DNA of 47,672 nt, taken from positions 1 through 47,672 of the forward strand of contig DASRHL010000174.1 in NCBI GenBank assembly GCA_035650535.1, in the 5' to 3' direction. Positions 24,645 through 32,777 of the stretch are shown piece by piece. The number at the start of each line of letters is the position of its first letter. Positions within the stretch are counted from its first letter, which is position 1. Both the position numbers and the translations under genes were made by a program. The notes beneath the pieces are model-generated. The model searched no databases. It had not been told where the DNA came from and worked only from the letters and a program-made list of their open reading frames with translations. Source of the DNA: Acidimicrobiia bacterium (GTDB lineage Bacteria; Actinomycetota; Acidimicrobiia; IMCC26256; PALSA-555).

Positions 24645-24675
24645 ACGCCGGGCCGGGACGATCCCAGCCCGGCGT
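24645..24675 (-). terminator. GC-rich hairpin between the multicopper oxidase stop and the membrane-protein start (terminator or attenuator candidate)
   Basis: ACGCCGGGC-c-GGGA-cga-TCCC-a-GCCCGGCGT has 13 bp in two stacked helices. There is no U-tract. Confidence 0.4.
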
Positions 24676-24691
24676 CCGAAGAGATGCCGGA

Positions 24692-26032
24692 CTACTGCAC
24701 GACGAAGGCCGTCACCATCCCGAACATGCCGCTGTCACCTTCGGCGTGGTTGAGGATGTGGCAGTGGAACGCCCACACGCCCTTCTCGGTCGCGTGGACG
24801 AGCACCGTGAAGCGCTGGCCGGGCGCGATCATCAACGTGTCGACCTGGTACGGGTTCGGGACCGCGAAGCCGTCCTGTCCGATGACGAGTTGCGGGAGCC
24901 CGTGCAGGTGCATCGGGTGGATCTGCAGTCCCTCGTCGAAGTAGTTGATCTCGACCCAGTCGCCCAGCTTCGCGACGATCGGCGCCGTCGCCGGGAAGGA
25001 CTTGCCGTTCAGGCTGAGGCCGACCACGCCGGCGTCGTTGAGGACCATCGGGATCTGCTGGGTCACGATGACCCCGGCCGGCACGGGCGGGTCGCCGACC
25101 TGGAACACGCCCATCAGCCCGTCGGGCACCTGGTGCTCGGCGTGGTGGTGCGAGTGGTACATGCCGAGCTCGGAACCGTGGGCGGTGAACTGGTAGGTGA
25201 ACGTCTCACCGGGCTTGATCGGCGGCTGGGTGATGTCGGGGACGCCGTCCATCGCGTTCGGAACGGTGATGCCGTGGAAGTGGATCACGGTCGACTCGGG
25301 CAGTTCGTTCTTGAGGACGACCTTGACGTTGTCGCCGTCGTCGACCTTGATCAGCGGTCCCGGAACGGTGCCGTTGTAGGTCCACGCCTTGACGGTCTTG
25401 CCGGGCTCGACCTCCCAGTCGGCGATCTTGGCAGTGAGGTCGAACTCCTTCGTCCCGTCGGGCAGCACCGTCGGTGCGAGGGGCTGGTTGCCGACACCGG
25501 CGGTCTTCGCGGGGAACGCCTTGGTCCGGTCGGCCATCGTCTTGTCGATCGCGTCGTTGGCCGCGGTGTCGGTCCCGCCGGTTGCCGTGGCGGCGCCGCT
25601 CGTGCCGCCGCCGACCATCAGCATCGCGACCATGCCCGCGCCCTTGTGGCCCGGAATCGCGCAGTAGACGGTGTACGAGCCTGCCTTGAGGCTCGAGACG
25701 TCGAGGCTCTCGGTCGCTCCGGGGGCCAGGTCGGACGTCTTCAGGCTCGTGCCTTGCACGGTGAGGTTGTGCGTGACCTTGCCCGCGTTGTGCACGCTCA
25801 GCGTCGCGCCGACGTCGACGTTGATCATCTTCGGCGAGATCGAGAACTCGCTCAGCGTGACCTCCGTCCCCGCGGAGGCCTGGACGCGGTTGCTCGCGTC
25901 GTTGCTCTTCGACAACGCCCGCCCGGCGATCGCGAGCGCGGAGAACGCGAGCACGACGATCATGAGCGTAAACACCATCGTCGCAGCCCCGAATCCGCGG
26001 TCGTCGGGGTTCCTCCGTCGCACGCGCACCAT
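24692..26032 (-). CDS. Membrane-anchored multicopper oxidase: an N-terminal cupredoxin (type-1 Cu) domain fused to a two-domain laccase-like MCO
   Basis: ORF 24692..26032. N-terminal TM helix. Cupredoxin ligand pattern THNL...YCAIPGHKGAGM. MCO motifs HFHG, YHSHHH, HPMHLHG and HCHILNHAEGDSGM. Confidence 0.85.
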   Translation of the reverse strand: MVRVRRRNPDDRGFGAATMVFTLMIVVLAFSALAIAGRALSKSNDASNRVQASAGTEVTLSEFSISPKMINVDVGATLSVHNAGKVTHNLTVQGTSLKTSDLAPGATESLDVSSLKAGSYTVYCAIPGHKGAGMVAMLMVGGGTSGAATATGGTDTAANDAIDKTMADRTKAFPAKTAGVGNQPLAPTVLPDGTKEFDLTAKIADWEVEPGKTVKAWTYNGTVPGPLIKVDDGDNVKVVLKNELPESTVIHFHGITVPNAMDGVPDITQPPIKPGETFTYQFTAHGSELGMYHSHHHAEHQVPDGLMGVFQVGDPPVPAGVIVTQQIPMVLNDAGVVGLSLNGKSFPATAPIVAKLGDWVEINYFDEGLQIHPMHLHGLPQLVIGQDGFAVPNPYQVDTLMIAPGQRFTVLVHATEKGVWAFHCHILNHAEGDSGMFGMVTAFVVQ

Positions 26033-26154
26033 GACCTCCCAGGAGCGGGGAACCGGACTCGACCGCCATCATCGGCGGCGCCGCGGCCACGCCAGTAGGG
26101 CCCTTCGACCCCCAACGCGGGGCCCTCCGACTTCCTCGCCGACAGGCGACGCGT

Positions 26155-26604
26155 TCAGTCGCCGCGTGGAGGCGGGCGTCGGGTGCGCTTGAGCTCCCCC
26201 CGGCGGCGCTTCGCCTCGACCCGCTCGCGTGCGGCCGCCGGGCCGGGACGCGTGGGCCGGCGCGGCGGGCGGACGGCCAGGCCGGCGCGGAGCCGGGCGA
26301 CGAGGCGCTCGAGCGCGAGCTCGCGGTTGCGGGCCTGCGACCGCGTGTCGGCCGCGACGGCGCGGACGACCGGGCCCAGGCGGGCCCGGAGCCGCTCCCG
26401 CTGGCGGGGCCCGAGCGCGCGCGACGCCGCCACGTCGAAGCTGACCTCGACCCTCGTGTCGGAGGTGTTGGCGTGCTGGCCGCCCGGTCCGCCCGACCGG
26501 CTGACGCGAATGCGCAGTTCGGAGACCGGGATGCGGCAGCTCGGGGTCACCCGCACGAACCGTTCCGGCCCGCCGGCGCGGGCGCCGTCACCGGCCATGA
26601 CCAC
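26155..26604 (-). CDS. arfB: Alternative ribosome-rescue factor ArfB (peptidyl-tRNA hydrolase, GGQ)
   Basis: ORF 26155..26604. SRSGGPGGQHANTSDTRVE (GGQ motif) plus the basic C-terminal tail KRRRGELKRTRRPPPR that is characteristic of ArfB/YaeJ. Confidence 0.85.
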   Translation of the reverse strand: MVMAGDGARAGGPERFVRVTPSCRIPVSELRIRVSRSGGPGGQHANTSDTRVEVSFDVAASRALGPRQRERLRARLGPVVRAVAADTRSQARNRELALERLVARLRAGLAVRPPRRPTRPGPAAARERVEAKRRRGELKRTRRPPPRGD

Positions 26605-26669
26605 GGACCGTAGAGCCGTTTGACCTGTTCAGCGCGTTACCGGCTGGTAGATATGTTGCCGGAGCGCGA

Positions 26670-26697
26670 TTGACAGGGGGTCGAGCGCTTCTATTCT
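26670..26697 (+). promoter_or_regulatory. Sigma-70/SigA-like promoter for the peptide ABC operon
   Basis: TTGACA (26670-26675), 16 nt, TATTCT (26692-26697). This would give a leader of about 125 nt before the GTG at 26826. Confidence 0.5.
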
Positions 26698-26825
26698 GGC
26701 GGTTCGAGGTGAACGTGACCGGCGTCACAGTCGCTTCGGCGGGAACCGCGACCACGCCGAGACAACCGAACAGGCAACGTCCGGACGGGCCCGCCGTGGC
26801 CCGGTACCAGCACCGGGGGGAGAAC

Positions 26826-28481
26826 GTGAGCGACCGAGGGCACGGATCGCGCCGTCATGCGAGGCGGGCGCTCGCCGCGATCGGGGTTGTGGCCGTGACG
26901 GCGGTCGGGCTCCTCGGGGTGGGTGCGACCGGCGCCGGGGCGGCGGCGAAAGGTCCGAAGCAGGGCGGCGAGGTCCGCTTCGGGCTCGAGGCCGAGACGA
27001 CCGGCGGCTACTGCCTCAACCAGGCGCAGCTCGCGATCTCGGGTATCCAGGTGGTGGCGGCGATCTACGACACGCTCACGGTCCCGAACGCGAAGGGTCA
27101 GTACGTCCCCTACCTGGCGAAGTCGGTCACCCCGAACGCGGACTTCACGCAGTGGACGATCACGCTGCGCGACGGCGTCAAGTTCCAGGACGGCGAGGCG
27201 CTCGACGCCAACGCCCTCAAGCTGAACCTCGACTCGTACCGGGGGGCGAACCCGAACCTGCCCGCGCGGTTGTTCACGTTCGTGTTCACCAACATCGCGG
27301 ACGTCTCGGTCGTCGACCCGCTGACCGTGAAGGTCACGACCAAGGTGCCCTGGCCGGCGTTCCCGGGCTACCTCTACAGCACGGGCCGGCTCGGGATCAT
27401 GGCGCCGGCGCAGATCAACAACCCGGCCACGTGCGCCACGAACATGATCGGTACCGGTCCGTTCAAGCTCGTCGACTGGAAGCAGAACGAGAGCCTCGTC
27501 GTCGAGCGCAACCCGAACTACTGGCAGAAGGACGCCAAGGGCAACCAGTTGCCCTACCTCAACAAGATCACGTTCGTGCCGGTCGTCGACGCCTCGGCCC
27601 GCGACAACCAGCTCGAAGGAGGGCAGCTCGACCTCGAGCACACCTCGACCGCGCTCAGCATCGACAAGCTCCAGCAGCTCGGCTCCGGGCAGGTGACGTT
27701 GTTGCGCGACCAGAGCGGCACCCGCGACGAGCGCTACTACATGTTCAACGTGGCCAAGCCGCCGTTCGACGACCTCACGGCCCGCCAGGCGGTCGCCTAC
27801 GCCATCAACCGGCAGGAGATCAACCAGATCCGGAACAAGAACATCTTCCAGCTGGCGGCCGGCATCTACGACAAGGGCGCGACCGGTTACGTCAAGAACA
27901 GCGGGCTCCCCAAGTTCAACCTGAAGAAGGCGCAGCAACTCGCCACGCAATACAAGGCAGCCCACGGCGGGCAGTTCAACGTCACGCTGCTCAGCACACC
28001 CGACCCCGACAACGCCGCCGAGGCCCAGCTCATCCAGCAGGAGCTCAGCCAGGCCGGGATCACGGCGAACATCTCGGCGATCGAGCAGAGCGCCGAGATC
28101 AACGACGCGCTGTCGGGCAACTTCAGCCTGCTGCTCTGGCGCAACATCCACAGCGACCCGCAGTACACCGACACGGCGAGCTACGTGTGGTTCTACACGG
28201 GCTCGCCCGTGAACTTCGGGAAGTTCAACGACCCGCAGTTCCAGTCGCTGCTCGACCAGGGCCGGGCCGCGTCGACACCGGAAGCCCAGGTCGCGGCCTA
28301 CACGCAGCTCAACAAGCGGATGTCGCAGCAGCTCTACAACCTGCCGATGTGGTACGTCGACTGGGTCATCGCCGCGAAGCCGAACGTCAAGGGGCTGCTC
28401 GGCCCGCCCCTGCCCGACAACGGTGGGAAGGCCCGCTTCTACTACGGCCGGATCCCGGTCGTCGGCCTCTACAGGTCCTGA
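26826..28481 (+). CDS. ABC transporter substrate-binding protein, family 5 (peptide/nickel; DppA/OppA-like)
   Basis: ORF 26670..28481. I prefer the GTG at 26826, preceded by GGGGGGAGAA. It has a signal region (RRALAAIGVVAVTAVGLLGVGATGAGAA) and family-5 hallmarks (TGPFKLVDWKQNESLVVERNPNYW). Confidence 0.85.
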   Translation: MSDRGHGSRRHARRALAAIGVVAVTAVGLLGVGATGAGAAAKGPKQGGEVRFGLEAETTGGYCLNQAQLAISGIQVVAAIYDTLTVPNAKGQYVPYLAKSVTPNADFTQWTITLRDGVKFQDGEALDANALKLNLDSYRGANPNLPARLFTFVFTNIADVSVVDPLTVKVTTKVPWPAFPGYLYSTGRLGIMAPAQINNPATCATNMIGTGPFKLVDWKQNESLVVERNPNYWQKDAKGNQLPYLNKITFVPVVDASARDNQLEGGQLDLEHTSTALSIDKLQQLGSGQVTLLRDQSGTRDERYYMFNVAKPPFDDLTARQAVAYAINRQEINQIRNKNIFQLAAGIYDKGATGYVKNSGLPKFNLKKAQQLATQYKAAHGGQFNVTLLSTPDPDNAAEAQLIQQELSQAGITANISAIEQSAEINDALSGNFSLLLWRNIHSDPQYTDTASYVWFYTGSPVNFGKFNDPQFQSLLDQGRAASTPEAQVAAYTQLNKRMSQQLYNLPMWYVDWVIAAKPNVKGLLGPPLPDNGGKARFYYGRIPVVGLYRS

Positions 28482-28555
28482 GTCGAGGGGGAGAGCCAGG
28501 GGGGTGCGGACGAGGCCGACACGGCCATGAGCGGAGAAGGTAGAGAGGCGGTCCC

Positions 28556-29536
28556 GTGCAGCTGATCCTGCGGCGGCTCGTGCAGCTCGCGGTGGTGCTG
28601 CTGATCGTCAGCTTCTTCGCCTTCTGCCTCGTCCGCATCCTCCCCGGCGACCCGACGAAGACGATCATCCCGTTCGGCACCGACCAGCAGCGGGCGCAGC
28701 TCAAGAAGGACCTCGGCCTCGACAAGCCGTTCTTCACGCAGTACGTCGACTACCTGGGCAACGTCGTCCAGGGCGACTTCGGTCACCAGTACTCCACGAA
28801 CACCCCCGTGAGCGACCTGATCAAGCAGTCGCTCCCGGTCTCGCTCGAGCTCATCGTCTACGCGCAGATCCTCGCGCTGGCCCTCGCGATCCCACTGGGT
28901 GTGCTCGCCGCCTACCGCGCCGGCACGCGCACCGACGGCGCCATCAACACGACCTCGTTCGCGATGCTCGCACTCCCCAACTTCGTGCTCGCCCTGCTCA
29001 TCAGCTACTTCCTGGGAGCGCAGCTCAAGATCCTCCCGACCGGGGGCTACGCCCCCGGATGGCTCGATCCGCTCTTCGACGGCAGCCGGCACATGCAGCT
29101 CGGCAACCACCTCGAGTTCATGTTCTGGCCCGCGCTCACGCTCGCGGTCGGGCAGATCGCGATCTACATGCGCCTGCTGCGCAGCGACATGGTCGCGACC
29201 CTGCAGGAGAACTTCATCACGATGGCGCGCGCCAAGGGCATCCCGAACCGGCGCATCCTGTGGCGTCACGCGCTGCGGCCGTCGAGCCTCACGCTGCTGA
29301 CGGTCGCCGGGCTCAACATCGGCACGCTCATCGGCGGCGCCGTCGTCGTCGAGGTCATCTTCAACGTGCCGGGGATGGGCCTGAAGATCTACCAGGCCGT
29401 CGTCGCCAACGAGTACGTCGAGCTGCAGAGCTACATCCTGGTGTTCGGCGCGCTCTTCGTGATCGTGAACTTCCTCGTCGACTTCCTGTACGCCGTGCTC
29501 GACCCGAGGATCCGCCGTGCCCGAACCGCCGCGTGA
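28556..29536 (+). CDS. Peptide ABC transporter permease (DppB/OppB-like)
   Basis: ORF 28556..29536. N-terminal ILRRLVQLAVVLLIVSFFAFCLVRILPGDP and an EAA-loop region ITMARAKGIPNRRILWRHALRPS. Confidence 0.9.
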   Translation: MQLILRRLVQLAVVLLIVSFFAFCLVRILPGDPTKTIIPFGTDQQRAQLKKDLGLDKPFFTQYVDYLGNVVQGDFGHQYSTNTPVSDLIKQSLPVSLELIVYAQILALALAIPLGVLAAYRAGTRTDGAINTTSFAMLALPNFVLALLISYFLGAQLKILPTGGYAPGWLDPLFDGSRHMQLGNHLEFMFWPALTLAVGQIAIYMRLLRSDMVATLQENFITMARAKGIPNRRILWRHALRPSSLTLLTVAGLNIGTLIGGAVVVEVIFNVPGMGLKIYQAVVANEYVELQSYILVFGALFVIVNFLVDFLYAVLDPRIRRARTAA

Positions 29537-30548
29537 CCTGCTGCCCGGCACGCCGGGCGACGTCGCCGACGAGCTCGTCGCGGACTCGCTCGCCGGCGGC
29601 ACCGCCATCGGCGGGTTCGAGACCGAGCTCGCGGCCGTGGCGCTCGGGCCCGAGGGTCGCCGCCGCAAGGGCCTCGGGATCGGCGCCTGGATCGCCATCG
29701 GCTGGATGGTGTTCATCGTGGGCGTCGCCGTCCTGGCGCAGCTCGGCCTCCTCCCGGTCGGGAGCCCGACGAACGTCGTCGCGTCGTGCGCGCGGAAGGG
29801 CCCGTTCGCGAACGACGGAACCGCCTCCGGATACCTGCTCGGCTGCGACGGCAACGGGCGCGACATGGTCGCCCGGCTCGCCTACGGATCGTGGAGCTCG
29901 CTGGTGGTCTCGACCGGTGCGGTCACGTTCGGGTTCCTGATCGGCGGCTTCCTCGGCCTGATCGCCGGCTACGTCGGCGGCAAGATCGACACGGTGATCA
30001 GCGGCGCGTTCAACGTGCTGCTGTCGATCCCGGCGATCGTGCTCGCCCTCGCGCTCGTCGCCTACCTGCAGGCGTCGACGAAGGGCGTGTCCGGGAACCA
30101 GAGCGGCTTCTTCCACGACCCGAAGGTGATCCTGATCCTGGCCATCGGCGTCGTGTCGGTGCCCCTGCTCGGGCGCATCACGCGCGCGAGCGCCCTGTCG
30201 TGGTCGCAGCGCGAGTTCGTGCTCGCGGCCAAGGCCCAGGGGGCCAGGAACGGGCGCATCATGGTCCGCGAGGTGCTCCCCAACGTGCTGCCGGCGATGT
30301 TCTCGATCGCGCTGCTCGGCATCGCCGTCGCGATCGTCGCCGAGGGGACGCTCGCCATCCTCGGGGTCGGCGTGAAGCCGCCGACGCCGTCGTGGGGAAA
30401 CATCATCGCCCTTGAACGCGGAAACCTGAACAGCTCACCGCACATCGTCTTCGAGCCGGCCATCCTCATCTTCCTGACCGTGCTCGCGCTCAACTACCTC
30501 GGCGACGTGGTGCGCGCTCGCCTCGACGTCCGTGAGGCCGGCATATGA
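29517..30548 (+). CDS. Peptide ABC transporter permease (DppC/OppC-like)
   Basis: ORF 29517..30548. EAA loop EFVLAAKAQGARNGRIMVREVLPNV. 20-nt overlap with the preceding permease. Confidence 0.85.
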   Translation: MPEPPRDLLPGTPGDVADELVADSLAGGTAIGGFETELAAVALGPEGRRRKGLGIGAWIAIGWMVFIVGVAVLAQLGLLPVGSPTNVVASCARKGPFANDGTASGYLLGCDGNGRDMVARLAYGSWSSLVVSTGAVTFGFLIGGFLGLIAGYVGGKIDTVISGAFNVLLSIPAIVLALALVAYLQASTKGVSGNQSGFFHDPKVILILAIGVVSVPLLGRITRASALSWSQREFVLAAKAQGARNGRIMVREVLPNVLPAMFSIALLGIAVAIVAEGTLAILGVGVKPPTPSWGNIIALERGNLNSSPHIVFEPAILIFLTVLALNYLGDVVRARLDVREAGI

Positions 30549-31684
30549 CCGCGGCCGGCGACGGCCACGCGCCGGTCGCGTCGAGCCCCGCGCCCCCGCT
30601 CCTCGACGTGCGCGACCTGCGGACCGGGTTCGAGACCGACCGCGGGCTCGTCAAGGCCGTCGACGGCGTCTCGCTGTCGCTCGAGGCCGGTCGCACGCTG
30701 GGCGTCGTCGGCGAGTCGGGGTCGGGCAAGACCGTCCTCTCCCGCTCGATCATGGGCCTGCTCCCCCGCCGCGGGACGGTGCGCGAGGGGTCGGTCCGCT
30801 TCGAGGGGACCGAGATCTCGCACCTCTCGCCGAAGGAGATGCGCGCCTACTGGGGCGCGCAGATGGCGATGATCTTCCAGGACCCGATGACGTCGCTGAA
30901 CCCGGTGATGAAGATCGGCGCGCAGATCACGGAGTCGATCCGCGAGCACCTGGACGTGAGCCGCGACTTCGCCGACGACCTCGCCGAGAACCTGCTCGCG
31001 TCGGTCCGGATCCCCGAGCCGCGCCGGCGGCTGAAGGAGTACCCGCACCAGCTCTCGGGTGGTATGCGCCAGCGGGTGTGCATCGCGGTCGCGCTCGCGT
31101 GCGGTCCCAAGCTACTGTTCGCCGACGAGCCGACGACCGCCCTCGACGTCACCGTCCAGGCCCAGGTCCTCGACCTGATCCGCCAGCAGCAGGACGAGCG
31201 GTTCATGGCGATGGTGCTCATCACCCACGACCTCGGGGTGGTCGCCGGGCGCGCCGACGAGATCGCGGTCATGTACGCGGGCCGGATCGTGGAACGCGCC
31301 TCGACGTCGGTGCTGTTCGCGGACATGAAGATGCCCTACACCGAGGCGCTGCTCTCGTCGATCCCGAAGCTCGGCGAACCGCCCCACAGCCGGCTCGCGA
31401 CGATCCCGGGCCGGCCACCCGACCTCGTCAACCCACCGCCGGGCTGCAAGTTCGCGCCCCGTTGCGCCTACGTGCAGGACCGCTGCCGCGAGGAGGAGCC
31501 GCCGTTGCTCGACGCGTCGCCCGGGCACCAGTACCGGTGCTGGTTCCCGGTGGGCACTCCCGAGGGCGCGGCCGCCTTCGAACGCAACCGCCGCGCGGGG
31601 CTCGTGGCGGCGGCCGCGATCGCCGCCGAGCCGGTCGCCGCGGGCCCGGCTGCCGCCCCACCGTCCGACGCGGCGGGTGGCTGA
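30545..31684 (+). CDS. Peptide ABC transporter ATP-binding protein (DppD/OppD-like)
   Basis: ORF 30545..31684. GESGSGKT, LSGGMRQRV, LLFADEPTTALD, and a C-terminal oligopeptide-ABC extension (PGCKFAPRC). ATGA overlap with the permease. Confidence 0.9.
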   Translation: MTAAGDGHAPVASSPAPPLLDVRDLRTGFETDRGLVKAVDGVSLSLEAGRTLGVVGESGSGKTVLSRSIMGLLPRRGTVREGSVRFEGTEISHLSPKEMRAYWGAQMAMIFQDPMTSLNPVMKIGAQITESIREHLDVSRDFADDLAENLLASVRIPEPRRRLKEYPHQLSGGMRQRVCIAVALACGPKLLFADEPTTALDVTVQAQVLDLIRQQQDERFMAMVLITHDLGVVAGRADEIAVMYAGRIVERASTSVLFADMKMPYTEALLSSIPKLGEPPHSRLATIPGRPPDLVNPPPGCKFAPRCAYVQDRCREEEPPLLDASPGHQYRCWFPVGTPEGAAAFERNRRAGLVAAAAIAAEPVAAGPAAAPPSDAAGG

Positions 31685-32739
31685 TGGCCGGGAGCGGGAC
31701 CGCGCACCTCCGCGACCCGCAGGGCGCGCTCCTGCGGGTCGAGCATCTCGTAGTCGAGTTCCCGGCCGGTCACGGCCTCAAGGTGCACGCGGTGTCCGAC
31801 GTCAGCTTCGACATCGTCGAGGGCGAGACACTCGGGCTGGTCGGCGAGTCGGGCTGCGGGAAGTCGACGACGGGCCGTGCCGTCGTCCAGCTTCCGCGAC
31901 CGACCTCGGGCTCCGTCACGTTCGAGGGGCGCGACCTCACGCAGCTCTCGGGCGAGCAGCTCCGCCGCATCCGCCCCCGCATGCAGATGATCTTCCAGGA
32001 CCCGATCTCGTCGTTGAACCCGCGGCGACGGGTGCGCGACATCGTCGCCGAGGGCCTCGAGATCTGGTCGATCGGCGACAAGGCGTCGCGCGCGGCGAAG
32101 GTGGACGAGGTCCTCGAGTCCGTCGGCATCGATCCTGCGAACGGCGGCCGGCGGCCCCACGAGTTCTCGGGCGGGCAGTGCCAGCGGATCTCGATCGCCC
32201 GCGCGGTGATCACCGAGCCCAAGCTCATCATCTGCGACGAGCCGGTCTCCGCGCTCGACGTGTCGGTCCAGGCGCAGATCCTGAACCTGCTCGAGGACAT
32301 GAAGGCCCGCTACGGCCTGACCCTCGTCTTCATCGCGCACGACCTCGCGGTCGTGAAGAACGTGAGCGACCGCGTGCTCGTGATGTACCTCGGCAAGACC
32401 TGCGAGGTGGGCGCGCCCGACGACCTGTACGCCGCGCCCGCCCACCCCTACACCGCGGCCCTGCTCGCCGCCATTCCCGTCCCCGACCCGGGCGTCCGCC
32501 CCGACACCGAGCAGGTGCTCGGCGGCGAGATCCCGTCGCCGGTGCACCCGCCGACGGGGTGCCGGTTCCGCACCCGCTGCCCGAAGGCCGACGTCCGCTG
32601 CGCCGAGGAGGAGCCGCAGATCCGCCCCGTCGCGGACGGCGCCGGGCGCGACCACTTCGTGGCCTGCCACTTCCCGCTCACCCCGGGCGAGACCCTCGAC
32701 TTCAGCCACGCCGGGAGAGGCGCCGAAGTCGAGGTGTAG
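31684..32739 (+). CDS. Peptide ABC transporter ATP-binding protein (DppF/OppF-like)
   Basis: This is the 3' part of ORF 30532..32739. The ATG at 31684 overlaps the previous TGA by 1 nt. GESGCGKSTT, FSGGQCQRI, LIICDEPVSALD, PTGCRFRTRCP. Confidence 0.9.
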   Translation: MAGSGTAHLRDPQGALLRVEHLVVEFPAGHGLKVHAVSDVSFDIVEGETLGLVGESGCGKSTTGRAVVQLPRPTSGSVTFEGRDLTQLSGEQLRRIRPRMQMIFQDPISSLNPRRRVRDIVAEGLEIWSIGDKASRAAKVDEVLESVGIDPANGGRRPHEFSGGQCQRISIARAVITEPKLIICDEPVSALDVSVQAQILNLLEDMKARYGLTLVFIAHDLAVVKNVSDRVLVMYLGKTCEVGAPDDLYAAPAHPYTAALLAAIPVPDPGVRPDTEQVLGGEIPSPVHPPTGCRFRTRCPKADVRCAEEEPQIRPVADGAGRDHFVACHFPLTPGETLDFSHAGRGAEVEV

Positions 32740-32744
32740 CTCGC

Positions 32745-32777
32745 CTCGGGTCGGGCTCGGGTCGGGCTCGGGTCAGG
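32745..32777. repeat. Three tandem copies of an 11-mer (CTCGGGTCGGG x2, then CTCGGGTCAGG)
   Basis: Read directly in the 33-bp gap between the convergent dppF-like and lon stops. The third copy contains the lon stop codon (32773-32775). Confidence 0.6.

Noticed and set aside
26826-32739. Naming the ABC operon specifically dppABCDF, opp or nik
   Set aside because: Family-5 SBP systems for dipeptides, oligopeptides and nickel cannot be told apart from motifs alone, so I left the symbols empty.
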